40,959 bases of DNA from Minisyncoccia bacterium (GTDB lineage: Bacteria; Patescibacteriota; Minisyncoccia; Phycocordibacterales; UBA918): the NCBI GenBank assembly GCA_041752975.1, contig JBGSVK010000026.1:1-40959 (forward strand), in the 5' to 3' direction. Shown here in pieces: positions 9,009 through 18,229 of this stretch; position 1 is the stretch's first letter; every line of letters begins with the position of its first letter. Both the position numbers and the translations under genes were made by a program. The notes beneath the pieces are model-generated. The model had not been told where the DNA came from and made no database searches. It worked only from the letters and a program-made list of their open reading frames with translations.

Positions 9009-9941
9009 ATGAAAAATATTTTATTGATAGTGGGAGGTTTATTAGTAGTAATTAGTGGAGTTTATTATTTCCTAATTAGAGATACGGCCGAAACCTACAC
9101 AAATAATCCTGGTGTTACCACTCCAGCACCGGTAATTGACGAGACTCCTACCGAGACACCAGCTACAGTGACCGAAGAGAATCCTGAAGAAGAAAATGAG
9201 CCGACTAGTGTTATTGGTAAGTCCGTCGAAGGAAACGATATTACTGCCTACCACTTCGGTAGCGGTGATAATGAAATACTACTGGTAGGCGGTATCCACG
9301 GGGGATACTCTTGGAATACGAGCTTGCTCGGTTTTGAATTAATTGATTGGCTAGCTAGTGACGAAAGTATTATTCCAGAAAATGTAAAGGTGACAATTAT
9401 TCCTGTCTTAAATCCAGACGGGCTCAAGAAAGTCACTGGCAGTACAGAAAGATTTACTTCAAGCGAAGCAAGTAAAGTTGAATCAGAAAAAATCGCTGGT
9501 AGATTCAATGCTAATGAAGTTGACCTTAATAGAAACTTCGATTGTGAATGGAAGGCAACTGGAACTTGGCAAAATAAATCAGTTAGCGGAGGCGACGCCC
9601 CATTTTCAGAACCAGAAAGCAAAGCCCTTCGAACATATGTTCTAGACAACGAACCTGTTTCAGCGGTTGCTTGGTATAGTGCAGCCGGTGGGGTATATGC
9701 CTCAAATTGTAATAACGGCCCTTCTGCAAAAACATTATCTTTGACAAACTTGTTTGCCAAGGCTTCTGGATACACTGCTCACGAAGAGTTTGATTACTAC
9801 GAGATTAGTGGCGACATGGTCAACTGGCTTTCTGCACAAAATATTCCAGCCATCAGTGTTCTTTTGACTGACCACGAAAATACAGAGCTCTCAAAAAATA
9901 AAGCTGGAATTGAAGCTATCCTAAAGCAATACGAAAACTAG
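9009..9941 (+). CDS. M14-family (MpaA-like) carboxypeptidase homologue, membrane-anchored, probably inactive
   Basis: N-terminal TM, Pro/Thr/Glu linker, GGIHGGYS, LNPDG, DLNRNF, FSEPE; Zn-ligand and catalytic positions substituted. Confidence 0.8.
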   Translation: MKNILLIVGGLLVVISGVYYFLIRDTAETYTNNPGVTTPAPVIDETPTETPATVTEENPEEENEPTSVIGKSVEGNDITAYHFGSGDNEILLVGGIHGGYSWNTSLLGFELIDWLASDESIIPENVKVTIIPVLNPDGLKKVTGSTERFTSSEASKVESEKIAGRFNANEVDLNRNFDCEWKATGTWQNKSVSGGDAPFSEPESKALRTYVLDNEPVSAVAWYSAAGGVYASNCNNGPSAKTLSLTNLFAKASGYTAHEEFDYYEISGDMVNWLSAQNIPAISVLLTDHENTELSKNKAGIEAILKQYEN

Positions 9942-10850
9942 ATGACCAAAAGTAATCTAATAATTATAGGGACCATAATTTCTATTTTATTAGTTTTGGT
10001 TGTATCTACCTTTATTGCTAGAGAAGAACAAGCCGAACCTACTACACCAGTCACTACTACCGAAGACACTCCCGTTACCAAGCCGGAAGTTATTGAATCT
10101 AAAGTTAAAGTAATTGGTACATCAGTCCAAGGTAGAAATATCGAGACTTACACTTATGGTAAGGGTGGAACGACTTTATTATTTGTTGGTGGTATTCACG
10201 GAGGCTATGAATGGAACAGTACTTTGTTAGCTTATGATTTTATCGACAATCTCGAAAATGACTTTATTCAAATTCCCGACAATTTGAAAGTAGTAATTAT
10301 TCCTTCACTTAACCCGGATGGATTATATTCAGTAGTAAAAAAAGAAGGTCGATTTACAACAGAAGAAATTCCCGAGAATGATGCCCATACAACTGGACAA
10401 GGTCGATTCAATGCTAATGCAGTCGATCTAAATCGAAACTTCGATTGTAAATGGAAACCGGAAAGCACGTGGCGAGGCAAAACTGTAAAAGCGGGGACTT
10501 CGGCATTTTCAGAACCAGAGGCTATTGCCCTGAGGGATTTAGTTTTAGAAATTAATCCAAAGGCAGTTGTCTTCTGGCACAGTCAAGCGAACACTGTCTA
10601 TGCATCTGAATGTGAAAAGGGTGTCCTTCCAGAAACTTTAACCATCATGAATACTTACGCAAAAGCAGCGGGATATAATTCAGTCTCAACTTTTGATGCC
10701 TACCCAGTTACTGGTGATGCAGAAGGTTGGTTGGCTTCAATAAATATTCCAGCCATAACAGTAGAGTTAAAGACTAGAACGTCACCTGAATGGGAACAAA
10801 ACCTATTAGGTATCGAAGCACTATTTAATCTCTACCGAGAACGAGAGTAA
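9942..10850 (+). CDS. M14-family zinc carboxypeptidase (MpaA-like), membrane-anchored
   Basis: GGIHGGYE, LNPDG, DLNRNF, FSEPE, FWHS, ITVEL; start abuts previous stop. Confidence 0.85.
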   Translation: MTKSNLIIIGTIISILLVLVVSTFIAREEQAEPTTPVTTTEDTPVTKPEVIESKVKVIGTSVQGRNIETYTYGKGGTTLLFVGGIHGGYEWNSTLLAYDFIDNLENDFIQIPDNLKVVIIPSLNPDGLYSVVKKEGRFTTEEIPENDAHTTGQGRFNANAVDLNRNFDCKWKPESTWRGKTVKAGTSAFSEPEAIALRDLVLEINPKAVVFWHSQANTVYASECEKGVLPETLTIMNTYAKAAGYNSVSTFDAYPVTGDAEGWLASINIPAITVELKTRTSPEWEQNLLGIEALFNLYRERE

Positions 10851-10859
10851 GTAAGTTTA

Positions 10860-10900
10860 AATAAAATAACCGCAACACAAAGTGTTGCGGTTATTTTATT
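10860..10900. terminator. Bidirectional terminator, 19-bp perfect inverted repeat
   Basis: AATAAAATAACCGCAACAC-AAA-GTGTTGCGGTTATTTTATT between convergent genes. Confidence 0.9.
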
Positions 10901-10902
10901 AA

Positions 10903-11871
10903 CTATTTAGAAAAAATAATTTGTTGCCGATGAGGTGAGTCTCTTCGCCACATAATAGCCTCAACATAGTAATGAGCAAAGCCAAGTAGTACAATCGCTG
11001 CCAAAGCTATTGATGTTTCGCTTATACCGATTCTAATTAGTAGAGCAATTAATATTGAAGATAGAGGAACAGCCAAGAGAAAAGGTAATCGTATTTTTTT
11101 AAATAGACCATAAAAGCTATTCTTTACTGAGGCAACATTACGATTATGATCATGGACAACATAAAAAGTAAAAGCCGTAATATCGTGAACAAAGCGATAT
11201 AAAAAGAAAGCAAAGAATATATATCCGACCAAAGTAAAGAAGTAGGAGACAATTAATAAAACAGAAGTAGCTAGTATGAACAAACGACCGATTTTGGTTT
11301 TGGCTTGCCAAGCATAAACAGCTGCCGTTAATAAACTGAACACAACTGAAAACAATGCAACTAAGGACAACTGTCTTACTTCTACCTTATTAAAAAGATA
11401 AGGCATAGCTAGTAAAGTTAATGTTGTCGAAGTCGCAACTATGAGCGAACTCGTCCATAAATGGAACCAGATCCCTTTTACCTTAGTCAGAATAGATGCA
11501 ATGCCAGTCTGTTGGCGAATTACATGGTACATAGTTGCAATTATATAAATTAAAAAGGTTAAAACTGGATTTAAATAAAATAATAAACTCACAATAAAAA
11601 GTACTGGCAGTAATCCGAACAATAAATGGTTTTTGTAAAACTTCACATATGACTTGTCAGCAAAAGTAAGTAGGCTAGCGATTATATGAGGTAGTTCGAA
11701 AATTAATAAATATACCGGAAGCAACAAGGTGTCCATTCCCATATATGGAAGTAAGGAAGAATAGAAAAACGAAACATCAATCAAAAATATTGCTATTAAA
11801 ACCAGGACAATACTATGAATTAGAAGCAACCACTTAGGAGTAATTGATTTAGTAATAATTTCTTCTGTCAT
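10903..11871 (-). CDS. Polytopic membrane protein with His motifs (possible membrane metalloenzyme)
   Basis: About 10 hydrophobic segments; ELPH, YHVIRQQ.G, VHD, HDHNR, HYYVEA..W; likely ATG 11871 (MTEEII), 10 nt after recombinase stop. Confidence 0.7.
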   Translation of the reverse strand: MTEEIITKSITPKWLLLIHSIVLVLIAIFLIDVSFFYSSLLPYMGMDTLLLPVYLLIFELPHIIASLLTFADKSYVKFYKNHLLFGLLPVLFIVSLLFYLNPVLTFLIYIIATMYHVIRQQTGIASILTKVKGIWFHLWTSSLIVATSTTLTLLAMPYLFNKVEVRQLSLVALFSVVFSLLTAAVYAWQAKTKIGRLFILATSVLLIVSYFFTLVGYIFFAFFLYRFVHDITAFTFYVVHDHNRNVASVKNSFYGLFKKIRLPFLLAVPLSSILIALLIRIGISETSIALAAIVLLGFAHYYVEAIMWRRDSPHRQQIIFSK

Positions 11872-11881
11872 ATTTTTAGAA

Positions 11882-12802
11882 TTAAATTTTACGATTAGAG
11901 TGAAACTTTTTGTGCACCTCTCGTAAGTGAGCATCGGTAACATGAGTATAAATTTGAGTAGTACCAATATGTGCATGACCTAGCAAAGCCTGCACCGAAC
12001 GAAGGTCCGCTCCGTTACTTAGTAAGTCTGTGGCAAAGCTGTGTCGTATTACATGGGGAGTAACTTTTCGTGTAATACCCGCTTTTGCTGCGCAGTGTTT
12101 TAATAGTCTTTGCACTGTTCTCGGAGTCACTCTAGCATCTTCACCAATGTGAGCTTTTTTTCCGTAACGAACAAATAGTGCGTCATCCATATCTTTGCGT
12201 TCCGATAAATAATTTCTAATTGCATTCTTGGCATTTTCAGAAAGAAATACTACGCGGACTTTATCGCCTTTTCCTCGAACCGAAAATTCGTCTCTAGTTA
12301 AATCTACATCATCAATCGAAAGTGAGCATAGCTCAGAAATACGTAACCCGGTCGAAAATAATAATTCCAAAATTGCTCTATCGCGCTTACCTTCAAGTGT
12401 ATCTTTGGCCGGAGAATCAAGCAGGCGAGTTAGTTCATTGGCAGAAATTAAATCAAGGGAACGTTCAGGTACTTTTGCCAGCTCAATTCTTTCTGGAGAG
12501 AGAGAAGCGACTCCACGTTTACGTAAGAATTTCAAGAACGCCCGCAGGGCAATCAAGTAATAGTTCTGAGTACGACGTTTCATGGTCTCAGTTCGACCAC
12601 CAATCTTTGTCCCCGCTTGCCGATTTAGATACAGACGAAATTCACGGACCTGTTCCTCAGTCACGTCGTTGGGGATTTTGACTTTAGAAAACTCCAAAAA
12701 ACGAGTTAAATACCGATCATAATTCTCGATAGTTTTAACACTTCGTCCCCTCTCGATTTCCAAATATTCCAAAAATTGTCGTTTCAGTTCCACTATTGTC
12801 AT
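11882..12802 (-). CDS. xerC: XerC/XerD-family tyrosine recombinase
   Basis: SAM-like N-domain, LFSTGLRISEL, GKGDKVR, TPHVIRHSFAT, LLGH, TTQIY; xerC versus xerD not resolvable. Confidence 0.9.
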   Translation of the reverse strand: MTIVELKRQFLEYLEIERGRSVKTIENYDRYLTRFLEFSKVKIPNDVTEEQVREFRLYLNRQAGTKIGGRTETMKRRTQNYYLIALRAFLKFLRKRGVASLSPERIELAKVPERSLDLISANELTRLLDSPAKDTLEGKRDRAILELLFSTGLRISELCSLSIDDVDLTRDEFSVRGKGDKVRVVFLSENAKNAIRNYLSERKDMDDALFVRYGKKAHIGEDARVTPRTVQRLLKHCAAKAGITRKVTPHVIRHSFATDLLSNGADLRSVQALLGHAHIGTTQIYTHVTDAHLREVHKKFHSNRKI

Positions 12803-12866
12803 TATTTATATTATACATTGCTTATCCCACAATAGTTTTGACAAACTATGAAACTAACGGTCTGAC

Positions 12867-12895
12867 TTGCATATTTTAATTTTTTATGCTATAGT
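12867..12895 (+). promoter_or_regulatory. Sigma70 promoter of rpsO
   Basis: TTGCAT-N17-TATAGT with extended TG. Confidence 0.75.
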
Positions 12896-12906
12896 AATAA
12901 CAACCT

Positions 12907-12968
12907 TCGCGGTTATTACTGCGAGTTACTTGTAAGCACTTCGGTGCGTATCTAATACAAGTGACCGC
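12907..12968 (+). ncRNA. Structured rpsO 5' leader (candidate uS15 autoregulatory RNA)
   Basis: Hairpin TCGCGGT/ACTGCGA; 10-bp stem GTTACTTGTA/TACAAGTGAC enclosing GCAC-UUCG-GUGC. Confidence 0.6.
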
Positions 12969-12981
12969 TTCATACATATAT

Positions 12982-13248
12982 ATGCTAACAAAAAGAGTCA
13001 AAGAAAATACACTAAAGGATGCTCAACGTCACGACAGTGACACTGGATCTCCAGAGGCACAAGTAGCGCTACTAACAAGAGCAATTGATGAGCTTTCTAC
13101 ACACCTGCGCAAGCACAAGAAAGATTTTCACTCTCGACGTGGCCTACTACAGATGGTAGCTGACAGACGAAAGCACTTAAAATATCTTGAGAAGAAGGAT
13201 GAGAAATCATACGAAAGTCTAATCAAGAAACTAGGTCTTAAGCGCTAA
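12982..13248 (+). CDS. rpsO: 30S ribosomal protein S15
   Basis: [13 protein letters not shown]...[12 protein letters not shown]; likely ATG 12982. Confidence 0.97.
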   Translation: MLTKRVKENTLKDAQRHDSDTGSPEAQVALLTRAIDELSTHLRKHKKDFHSRRGLLQMVADRRKHLKYLEKKDEKSYESLIKKLGLKR

Positions 13249-13279
13249 TAAAAATGCTCCACTCTGGAGCATTTTTATT
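13247..13279 (+). terminator. rpsO terminator
   Basis: AATAAAAATGCTCCA-CTC-TGGAGCATTTTTATT. Confidence 0.85.
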
Positions 13280-13344
13280 TTTCAAGCTATAGTTGTATGA
13301 GAGCAGTTTTTTAAAAATTTTAATAGTTTTTTTATATAATAAAT

Positions 13345-13929
13345 ATGGGTGTTATACGACATCCCGAACAACGGGTCGCAATTTTGATAGACACACAAAA
13401 TCTCTATCATAGTGCGAAAAATTTATACAAATCAAAAGTGAACTTTGCAGCAGTAGTGAAGGCGGCACTGGGTGAGAGAAAACTTATTCGCGCCCTCTCA
13501 TATGTAGTTAATACAGAAGGTGGGGAAGAGAATGCATTTTTTGATGCCTTAGAAAAAGTTGGTATTGAAATCAAAACCAAGGACTTGCAGATATTTTATG
13601 GAGGAGCAAAAAAAGCAGACTGGGACGTTGGTCTAGCTATCGACGCCATCAAACTTGCAAACAAAGTTGACGCAATAGTTTTGGCATCTGGTGATGGTGA
13701 CTTTGTGCCTCTAGTAGAGTATGTCAAAAACCAAGGATGCCAAGTTGAAGTGATTACTTTTGGTCGCTCTGCTTCATCTAGGTTACGAGAGACAGTCGAT
13801 GACTTTATTGACATGGATGAAAATCCTCAAGAGTTTCTGATTGGCTTTAAGACCAACAAGAAAAAAACTAATTCCGGTTTAAGAAAACAACTAAAGAGAA
13901 TTGTTGGTACTGATACAGACGGAATGTAA
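13345..13929 (+). CDS. NYN-domain (LabA/DUF88, PIN-like) protein
   Basis: ILIDTQNL, KKADWDVGLAID, SGDGDF, VDDFID. Confidence 0.9.
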   Translation: MGVIRHPEQRVAILIDTQNLYHSAKNLYKSKVNFAAVVKAALGERKLIRALSYVVNTEGGEENAFFDALEKVGIEIKTKDLQIFYGGAKKADWDVGLAIDAIKLANKVDAIVLASGDGDFVPLVEYVKNQGCQVEVITFGRSASSRLRETVDDFIDMDENPQEFLIGFKTNKKKTNSGLRKQLKRIVGTDTDGM

Positions 13930-13936
13930 CCAAGTC

Positions 13937-13984
13937 TAAACAAAAATACTACTAGGTACTTGTACCAAGTAGTATTTTTGTTTA
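13937..13984. terminator. Long inverted-repeat terminator
   Basis: 17-bp arms TAAACAAAAATACTACT/AGTAGTATTTTTGTTTA plus inner GGTAC/GTACC. Confidence 0.75.
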
Positions 13985-14006
13985 TGCTCTAGGTATTAGC
14001 AATGAG

Positions 14007-14055
14007 CTCTACATGTAGGTAGATTTCAAAAAATTGAAATCTAAAACTTGTAGAG
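14007..14055 (+). promoter_or_regulatory. pnp leader stem-loop (possible RNase III processing site)
   Basis: CTCTACA/TGTAGAG outer stem, internal loop, TAGATTTCAA-AAAA-TTGAAATCTA inner stem; no U tract. Confidence 0.5.
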
Positions 14056-14082
14056 GTCTGAGCAGTAAAAGAAAATAAAATT

Positions 14083-16206
14083 ATGTTGAGAAAAATTTAT
14101 ACTACCCAGTGGGGAGGAAAAACCTTAACTGCTGAGTTCAATGACTTAACAACTCACGCAAATGGATCAGTCATGCTGAGCTATGGAGAAACTGTAGTTT
14201 TGGTGACAGCAGTTATGGGAAAATCTAATAATCCTAACTTACCGTATTTTCCACTCTCAGTAGAATTTGAAGAAAAATTTTATGCAGCTGGAGAAATTTT
14301 AGGGAGCAGGTTCGTAAGAAGAGAGGGTAGACCCAGCGATGAAGCAGTGCTTTCAGCTAGAATTGTCGACAGAACTATCAGACCACTTTTTTCATCTCAC
14401 CTAAGAATTGATGTACAAGTTGTCGTAACTGTCTTAGCAATTGGAGAAGACGATCCGGATATCCTCGGGGTTATTGGTGCCTCGTTAGCTTTAGGAGTTT
14501 CTGATATACCTTGGCAAGGACCAGTTGGAGTTGCTCGTATTGCCAGAAGAAAAAGTGACAACGCCATAATAATAAATCCTACTTACAAAGACAGAGTTAC
14601 TGATGCGCTGGATACTGAAGTACTAGCGTGTGGTAAAGACGGTAAAGTTAATATGATTGAAACAGCAGCTTCAGAAGTAAGTGAAGCTGAAATTATTTCC
14701 TTCTTGGAGAAAGCAGTTCTAGTTCATAAAGAACTAGAACTATTTCAACAAAATATAATCACTGAGATAGGTAAGATAAAAAAGGAATTTCCTAGAACAG
14801 AAACTCCTCAGATTGTTGTAGATTTATACAATAACGTTTTTGGAGAAAAACTTCGTTCGGCTATTTTTTCTGGCAGGGCAGGCAAGGACCATATTTACGA
14901 AGTAAAGGATCTCTTTATTGCCGAACTGAAAAACCAAGAAGAGCCAGTCGAAGAAAAGCTCGCTAGTTCTTTTTTTGAAGAAATGATTGATCACGAATTA
15001 CATGTTGGAGCGGTTGAAGAAAACAAAAGAGCTGATGGTCGAGGGATGGATGAACTTCGAGAATTGTATGCTCAAGCTGGAGGGATTTCACCAGTACTTC
15101 ACGGCTCAGGAATTTTTTATCGTGGAGGAACCAGAATTTTTTCGGCCCTAACTTTGGGAGGACCCGAATCTGCACAAATGATTGATACGATGGAAGAACG
15201 AGATGTCAAAAAACAATTCATGCATCATTATAATTTCCCGCCATTCTCTGTAGGAGAAACTGGCAGAGTGGGAGGATTTAATCGACGTATGATTGGACAT
15301 GGTGCATTAGCTGAAAAAGCGCTTCTTCCAGTTATTCCACAAACAACCGTCTTTCCTTATACAATACGTTTAGTATCAGAAACTATGTCCAGTAACGGTT
15401 CAAGTTCTATGGGTTCAGTTTGTGCTTCGACACTTGCTCTGATGGATGGGGGAGTACCTATTACTAGACCAGTGGCTGGTATAGCTTCTGGGGTAATGAT
15501 AGCCGGAGATAAGCATGCACTGTTAACCGATATTCAAGGTCCTGAAGATGAGTTTGGAGATATGGACTTTAAGGTAGCCGGAACAACCGAAGGAGTAACC
15601 GCAATTCAAATGGATGTAAAAGTTGATGGAATTTCAATTGAAATTCTTGGCCAAGCCTTAGAGAAAGCAAGACAAGCTCGCTTGAGTATTTTGAAGGTCA
15701 TGACAACAGAAATAGCGTCACCTCGAGCCAACATATCACCAAGAGCACCAGAAATAATCTCTCTACAAATCCTACCAGAGCAAATCGGGCTAGTTATCGG
15801 TAGTGGAGGTAAAACCATAAACGGAATTAAAGATGAAACTGGGGTAGAAGAAATTGTGATTGAAGATGATGGAATAGTTTTTGTAACTGGCAAGAATGGT
15901 ACGGCTCAAGCGGCTGCTGACAAAATAAAGGCTCTAACAAAAAGATACGAAGTAGGGGAAAAAGTTGACGTTACTATTACAAAAATTGCGACCTTTGGCG
16001 CCTTTGCCAAACTAGATAGTTATAATGAAGGATTAATTCATATTTCAGAAATTGCTCCATTTAGACTTGAGAGTCTGGAGGGAATATTAACGGTAGGTGA
16101 AGTTCTCCCAGCCATTGTTAGTAAAATAGAAGAGGGTAAAATTGGCCTATCTATTAAACAAGCTGATCCAGAATTTTCTATTAAACGCAATATTCAAAAG
16201 CCATAA
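14083..16206 (+). CDS. pnp: Polyribonucleotide nucleotidyltransferase
   Basis: Two RNase PH domains (DRTIRPLF, HYNFPPFSVGE, SNGSSSMGS, GDMDFKVAGT), KH and S1. Confidence 0.97.
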   Translation: MLRKIYTTQWGGKTLTAEFNDLTTHANGSVMLSYGETVVLVTAVMGKSNNPNLPYFPLSVEFEEKFYAAGEILGSRFVRREGRPSDEAVLSARIVDRTIRPLFSSHLRIDVQVVVTVLAIGEDDPDILGVIGASLALGVSDIPWQGPVGVARIARRKSDNAIIINPTYKDRVTDALDTEVLACGKDGKVNMIETAASEVSEAEIISFLEKAVLVHKELELFQQNIITEIGKIKKEFPRTETPQIVVDLYNNVFGEKLRSAIFSGRAGKDHIYEVKDLFIAELKNQEEPVEEKLASSFFEEMIDHELHVGAVEENKRADGRGMDELRELYAQAGGISPVLHGSGIFYRGGTRIFSALTLGGPESAQMIDTMEERDVKKQFMHHYNFPPFSVGETGRVGGFNRRMIGHGALAEKALLPVIPQTTVFPYTIRLVSETMSSNGSSSMGSVCASTLALMDGGVPITRPVAGIASGVMIAGDKHALLTDIQGPEDEFGDMDFKVAGTTEGVTAIQMDVKVDGISIEILGQALEKARQARLSILKVMTTEIASPRANISPRAPEIISLQILPEQIGLVIGSGGKTINGIKDETGVEEIVIEDDGIVFVTGKNGTAQAAADKIKALTKRYEVGEKVDVTITKIATFGAFAKLDSYNEGLIHISEIAPFRLESLEGILTVGEVLPAIVSKIEEGKIGLSIKQADPEFSIKRNIQKP

Positions 16207-16258
16207 AAGTCACAGGCTACCCACCACAAACCACGCAATTCATGCAATACTAGTAGCA

Positions 16259-17842
16259 ATGGACACCAAGAACCAAGCCTCTGCCAAAATACCTGCTGTT
16301 CGCACTTATGCCAGAGACCTAGAAGAAAATAGAAAAGCCCAAGGCTTGGCTTCTGATAGTGCAATTACAAATGAAACAATAAGTATTCCCGAGAAAAAAG
16401 CTGAACTGAAACACAGAGAAACTGAAAACAAAAAAATTAATGTCCCCACTCCACCACAACCCAAAAGAAAAGAGATGGCTTCTCTACCTCCATTAAGCTC
16501 ATTACACAAAGAAAAAAAGAGCCCAACAAAAGTAATAGCTATTAATACCAAGAACTCAAGTTTTATTGTTGATGATAGTAATAATGAAATAGGAGCCACA
16601 ATAATCACAGATACTAAGCGCGACCGTTTCAAACTTTTTCCAGCAATAATCACTTCGATTAAGGAATGGTTTTCTGAAAAGAAAGTTGCTTACAAAAAAC
16701 GAAAAACTCCCAAGTACACAGTCCCTGAGAGTACAAGAAGAAAGGGAGTTATCCAAAGGGCAACTGGAGTAACTGGTAAGCTAACTACTTCTGATTTTTC
16801 TTCAATACATGAACGAATCAGACAAAGAAAAGAAAGCGAAGAAAAGTCAGAGCCTAGCACAACTTGGACTGCCAACACAGAACCAGTCTTTTTGCTTTTG
16901 GATGGACCTGAGGTTCCAAAAGTTACTAACGTTCAGGTTGTAGCCAAGAAGAGTTTTCGTACCCCAGCTCCTCAACCACAGCCTGTTCAAGAAGTTAAAC
17001 CTCAGACACAAGTAACAATTACACCTCCTCCTATTGAGGTGCCAATCATTGAATCTACAGAAACATCTCCAGAGTTACCTGCCCCAGAAGCGCCGGCGAC
17101 ATCTTACTCTGAACCAGAATATATTTCAGAAGGTGACACAAATGAAACAGGCAAAGCTACAGTTTCTGAAAGATTCCGACTACTATTAGTTAATACAAAT
17201 ACTCTAGCCCTTGGAGTTTCTGGTCTTGTAATAGCTTTAATAATAACTATTATTTATTTCTACTACATCCTAAATCGAGAAGAGGCAATTATAGTTGAGT
17301 CAACAGATACAACTATAGAATTAATTATTGATACTCCTTTAAAATTAGCTACTGGAGAAACAAACGAAAGACGTTCCCTACTTAAGGTTTTGGATATTGT
17401 AAGAAATGAGTCAAATAGCAGTACTCAAATTGAGTTCTTGTTTAATGGATATAATGAAAGACCAATTCCGCCACAAATATTAATATCTATATTTGGAATC
17501 ACTCTTGAAAAGAATTTTGCTCAGTCAATATCAATTTTGAGATTTGGATTTACTAACAATAAAAAACCATTTATTGTTATGAAAGTATCAGATGAAATAG
17601 TAGCCAAGGGAGGATTGTTAAATTGGGAGAATACAATAGCAAATGACCTAGCTGATATTTTAAATATTGAAACTGAGTCATTAACCAATCAAAAATTTAG
17701 TGATTCTTCAATTACCAATACAGATATCAGAATTCTTAAGAATGAAACGGGGGAAGTAATTACCTATGGCATAAAGAACAATACAGTTATTATTACGACC
17801 AACATGTCTGATTTTGGAGAACTATCTAAATTAATAAAATAA
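16259..17842 (+). CDS. Hypothetical bitopic membrane protein (long disordered N-terminus, one TM, globular C-domain)
   Basis: Likely ATG 16259 (MDTKNQ); Pro/Glu-rich region, single TM, GLLNWE motif in C-domain. Confidence 0.75.
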   Translation: MDTKNQASAKIPAVRTYARDLEENRKAQGLASDSAITNETISIPEKKAELKHRETENKKINVPTPPQPKRKEMASLPPLSSLHKEKKSPTKVIAINTKNSSFIVDDSNNEIGATIITDTKRDRFKLFPAIITSIKEWFSEKKVAYKKRKTPKYTVPESTRRKGVIQRATGVTGKLTTSDFSSIHERIRQRKESEEKSEPSTTWTANTEPVFLLLDGPEVPKVTNVQVVAKKSFRTPAPQPQPVQEVKPQTQVTITPPPIEVPIIESTETSPELPAPEAPATSYSEPEYISEGDTNETGKATVSERFRLLLVNTNTLALGVSGLVIALIITIIYFYYILNREEAIIVESTDTTIELIIDTPLKLATGETNERRSLLKVLDIVRNESNSSTQIEFLFNGYNERPIPPQILISIFGITLEKNFAQSISILRFGFTNNKKPFIVMKVSDEIVAKGGLLNWENTIANDLADILNIETESLTNQKFSDSSITNTDIRILKNETGEVITYGIKNNTVIITTNMSDFGELSKLIK

Positions 17843-17848
17843 ATATCT

Positions 17849-18226
17849 ATGACTAACTTTGATTTATATAAAACAAAATTGGAAGCACAATTAAAGGTTA
17901 TAACTGACGGATTAACTGAGATTGGAATATATGACGAACAAAATGATAATTGGACAGCAGTTCCTGATGAGGAAGACAGCGCGGCTGATGCAGATGAAAA
18001 TGAAAGCGCTGATTTCAATGAAGAATGGGATGAGAGGAGAGCAACTCTAACCGCTCTCGTTCAAGAATACAGAGATATCAAAAGAGCCCTTACAAAAATT
18101 GAAAATGGTACTTATGGAATCTGTGAGGTATCTGGTCTACCAATTGAAGAAAAGCGTCTTGATGCAAAACCAGATTCACGCACTTGTATCGCTCACATGG
18201 ACGAAGAAAGCCAACTACCCATTTAA
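17849..18226 (+). CDS. DksA/TraR-family protein
   Basis: Acidic coiled-coil tip, ALTKIENGTYGICEVSG..IEEKRL.AKP....C. Confidence 0.85.
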   Translation: MTNFDLYKTKLEAQLKVITDGLTEIGIYDEQNDNWTAVPDEEDSAADADENESADFNEEWDERRATLTALVQEYRDIKRALTKIENGTYGICEVSGLPIEEKRLDAKPDSRTCIAHMDEESQLPI

Positions 18227-18229
18227 TTC

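Noticed and set aside
11882-12802. Tyrosine recombinase as prophage/ICE integrase for the T4SS-like locus
   Set aside because: Xer-like size and motifs with no arm-binding domain; no att repeats or tRNA; separated from the locus by housekeeping genes
12943-12965. GGTGCGTAT resembling the left arm of a dif site near xer
   Set aside because: No TTATGTTAAAT-like second arm; better explained as part of the rpsO leader; dif is expected near the terminus
16142-16258. Long gene overlaps implied by the ORF track (also 11882-11976, 24915-24997, 34950-34997)
   Set aside because: Artefacts of upstream alternative starts; downstream ATGs remove or minimise the overlaps
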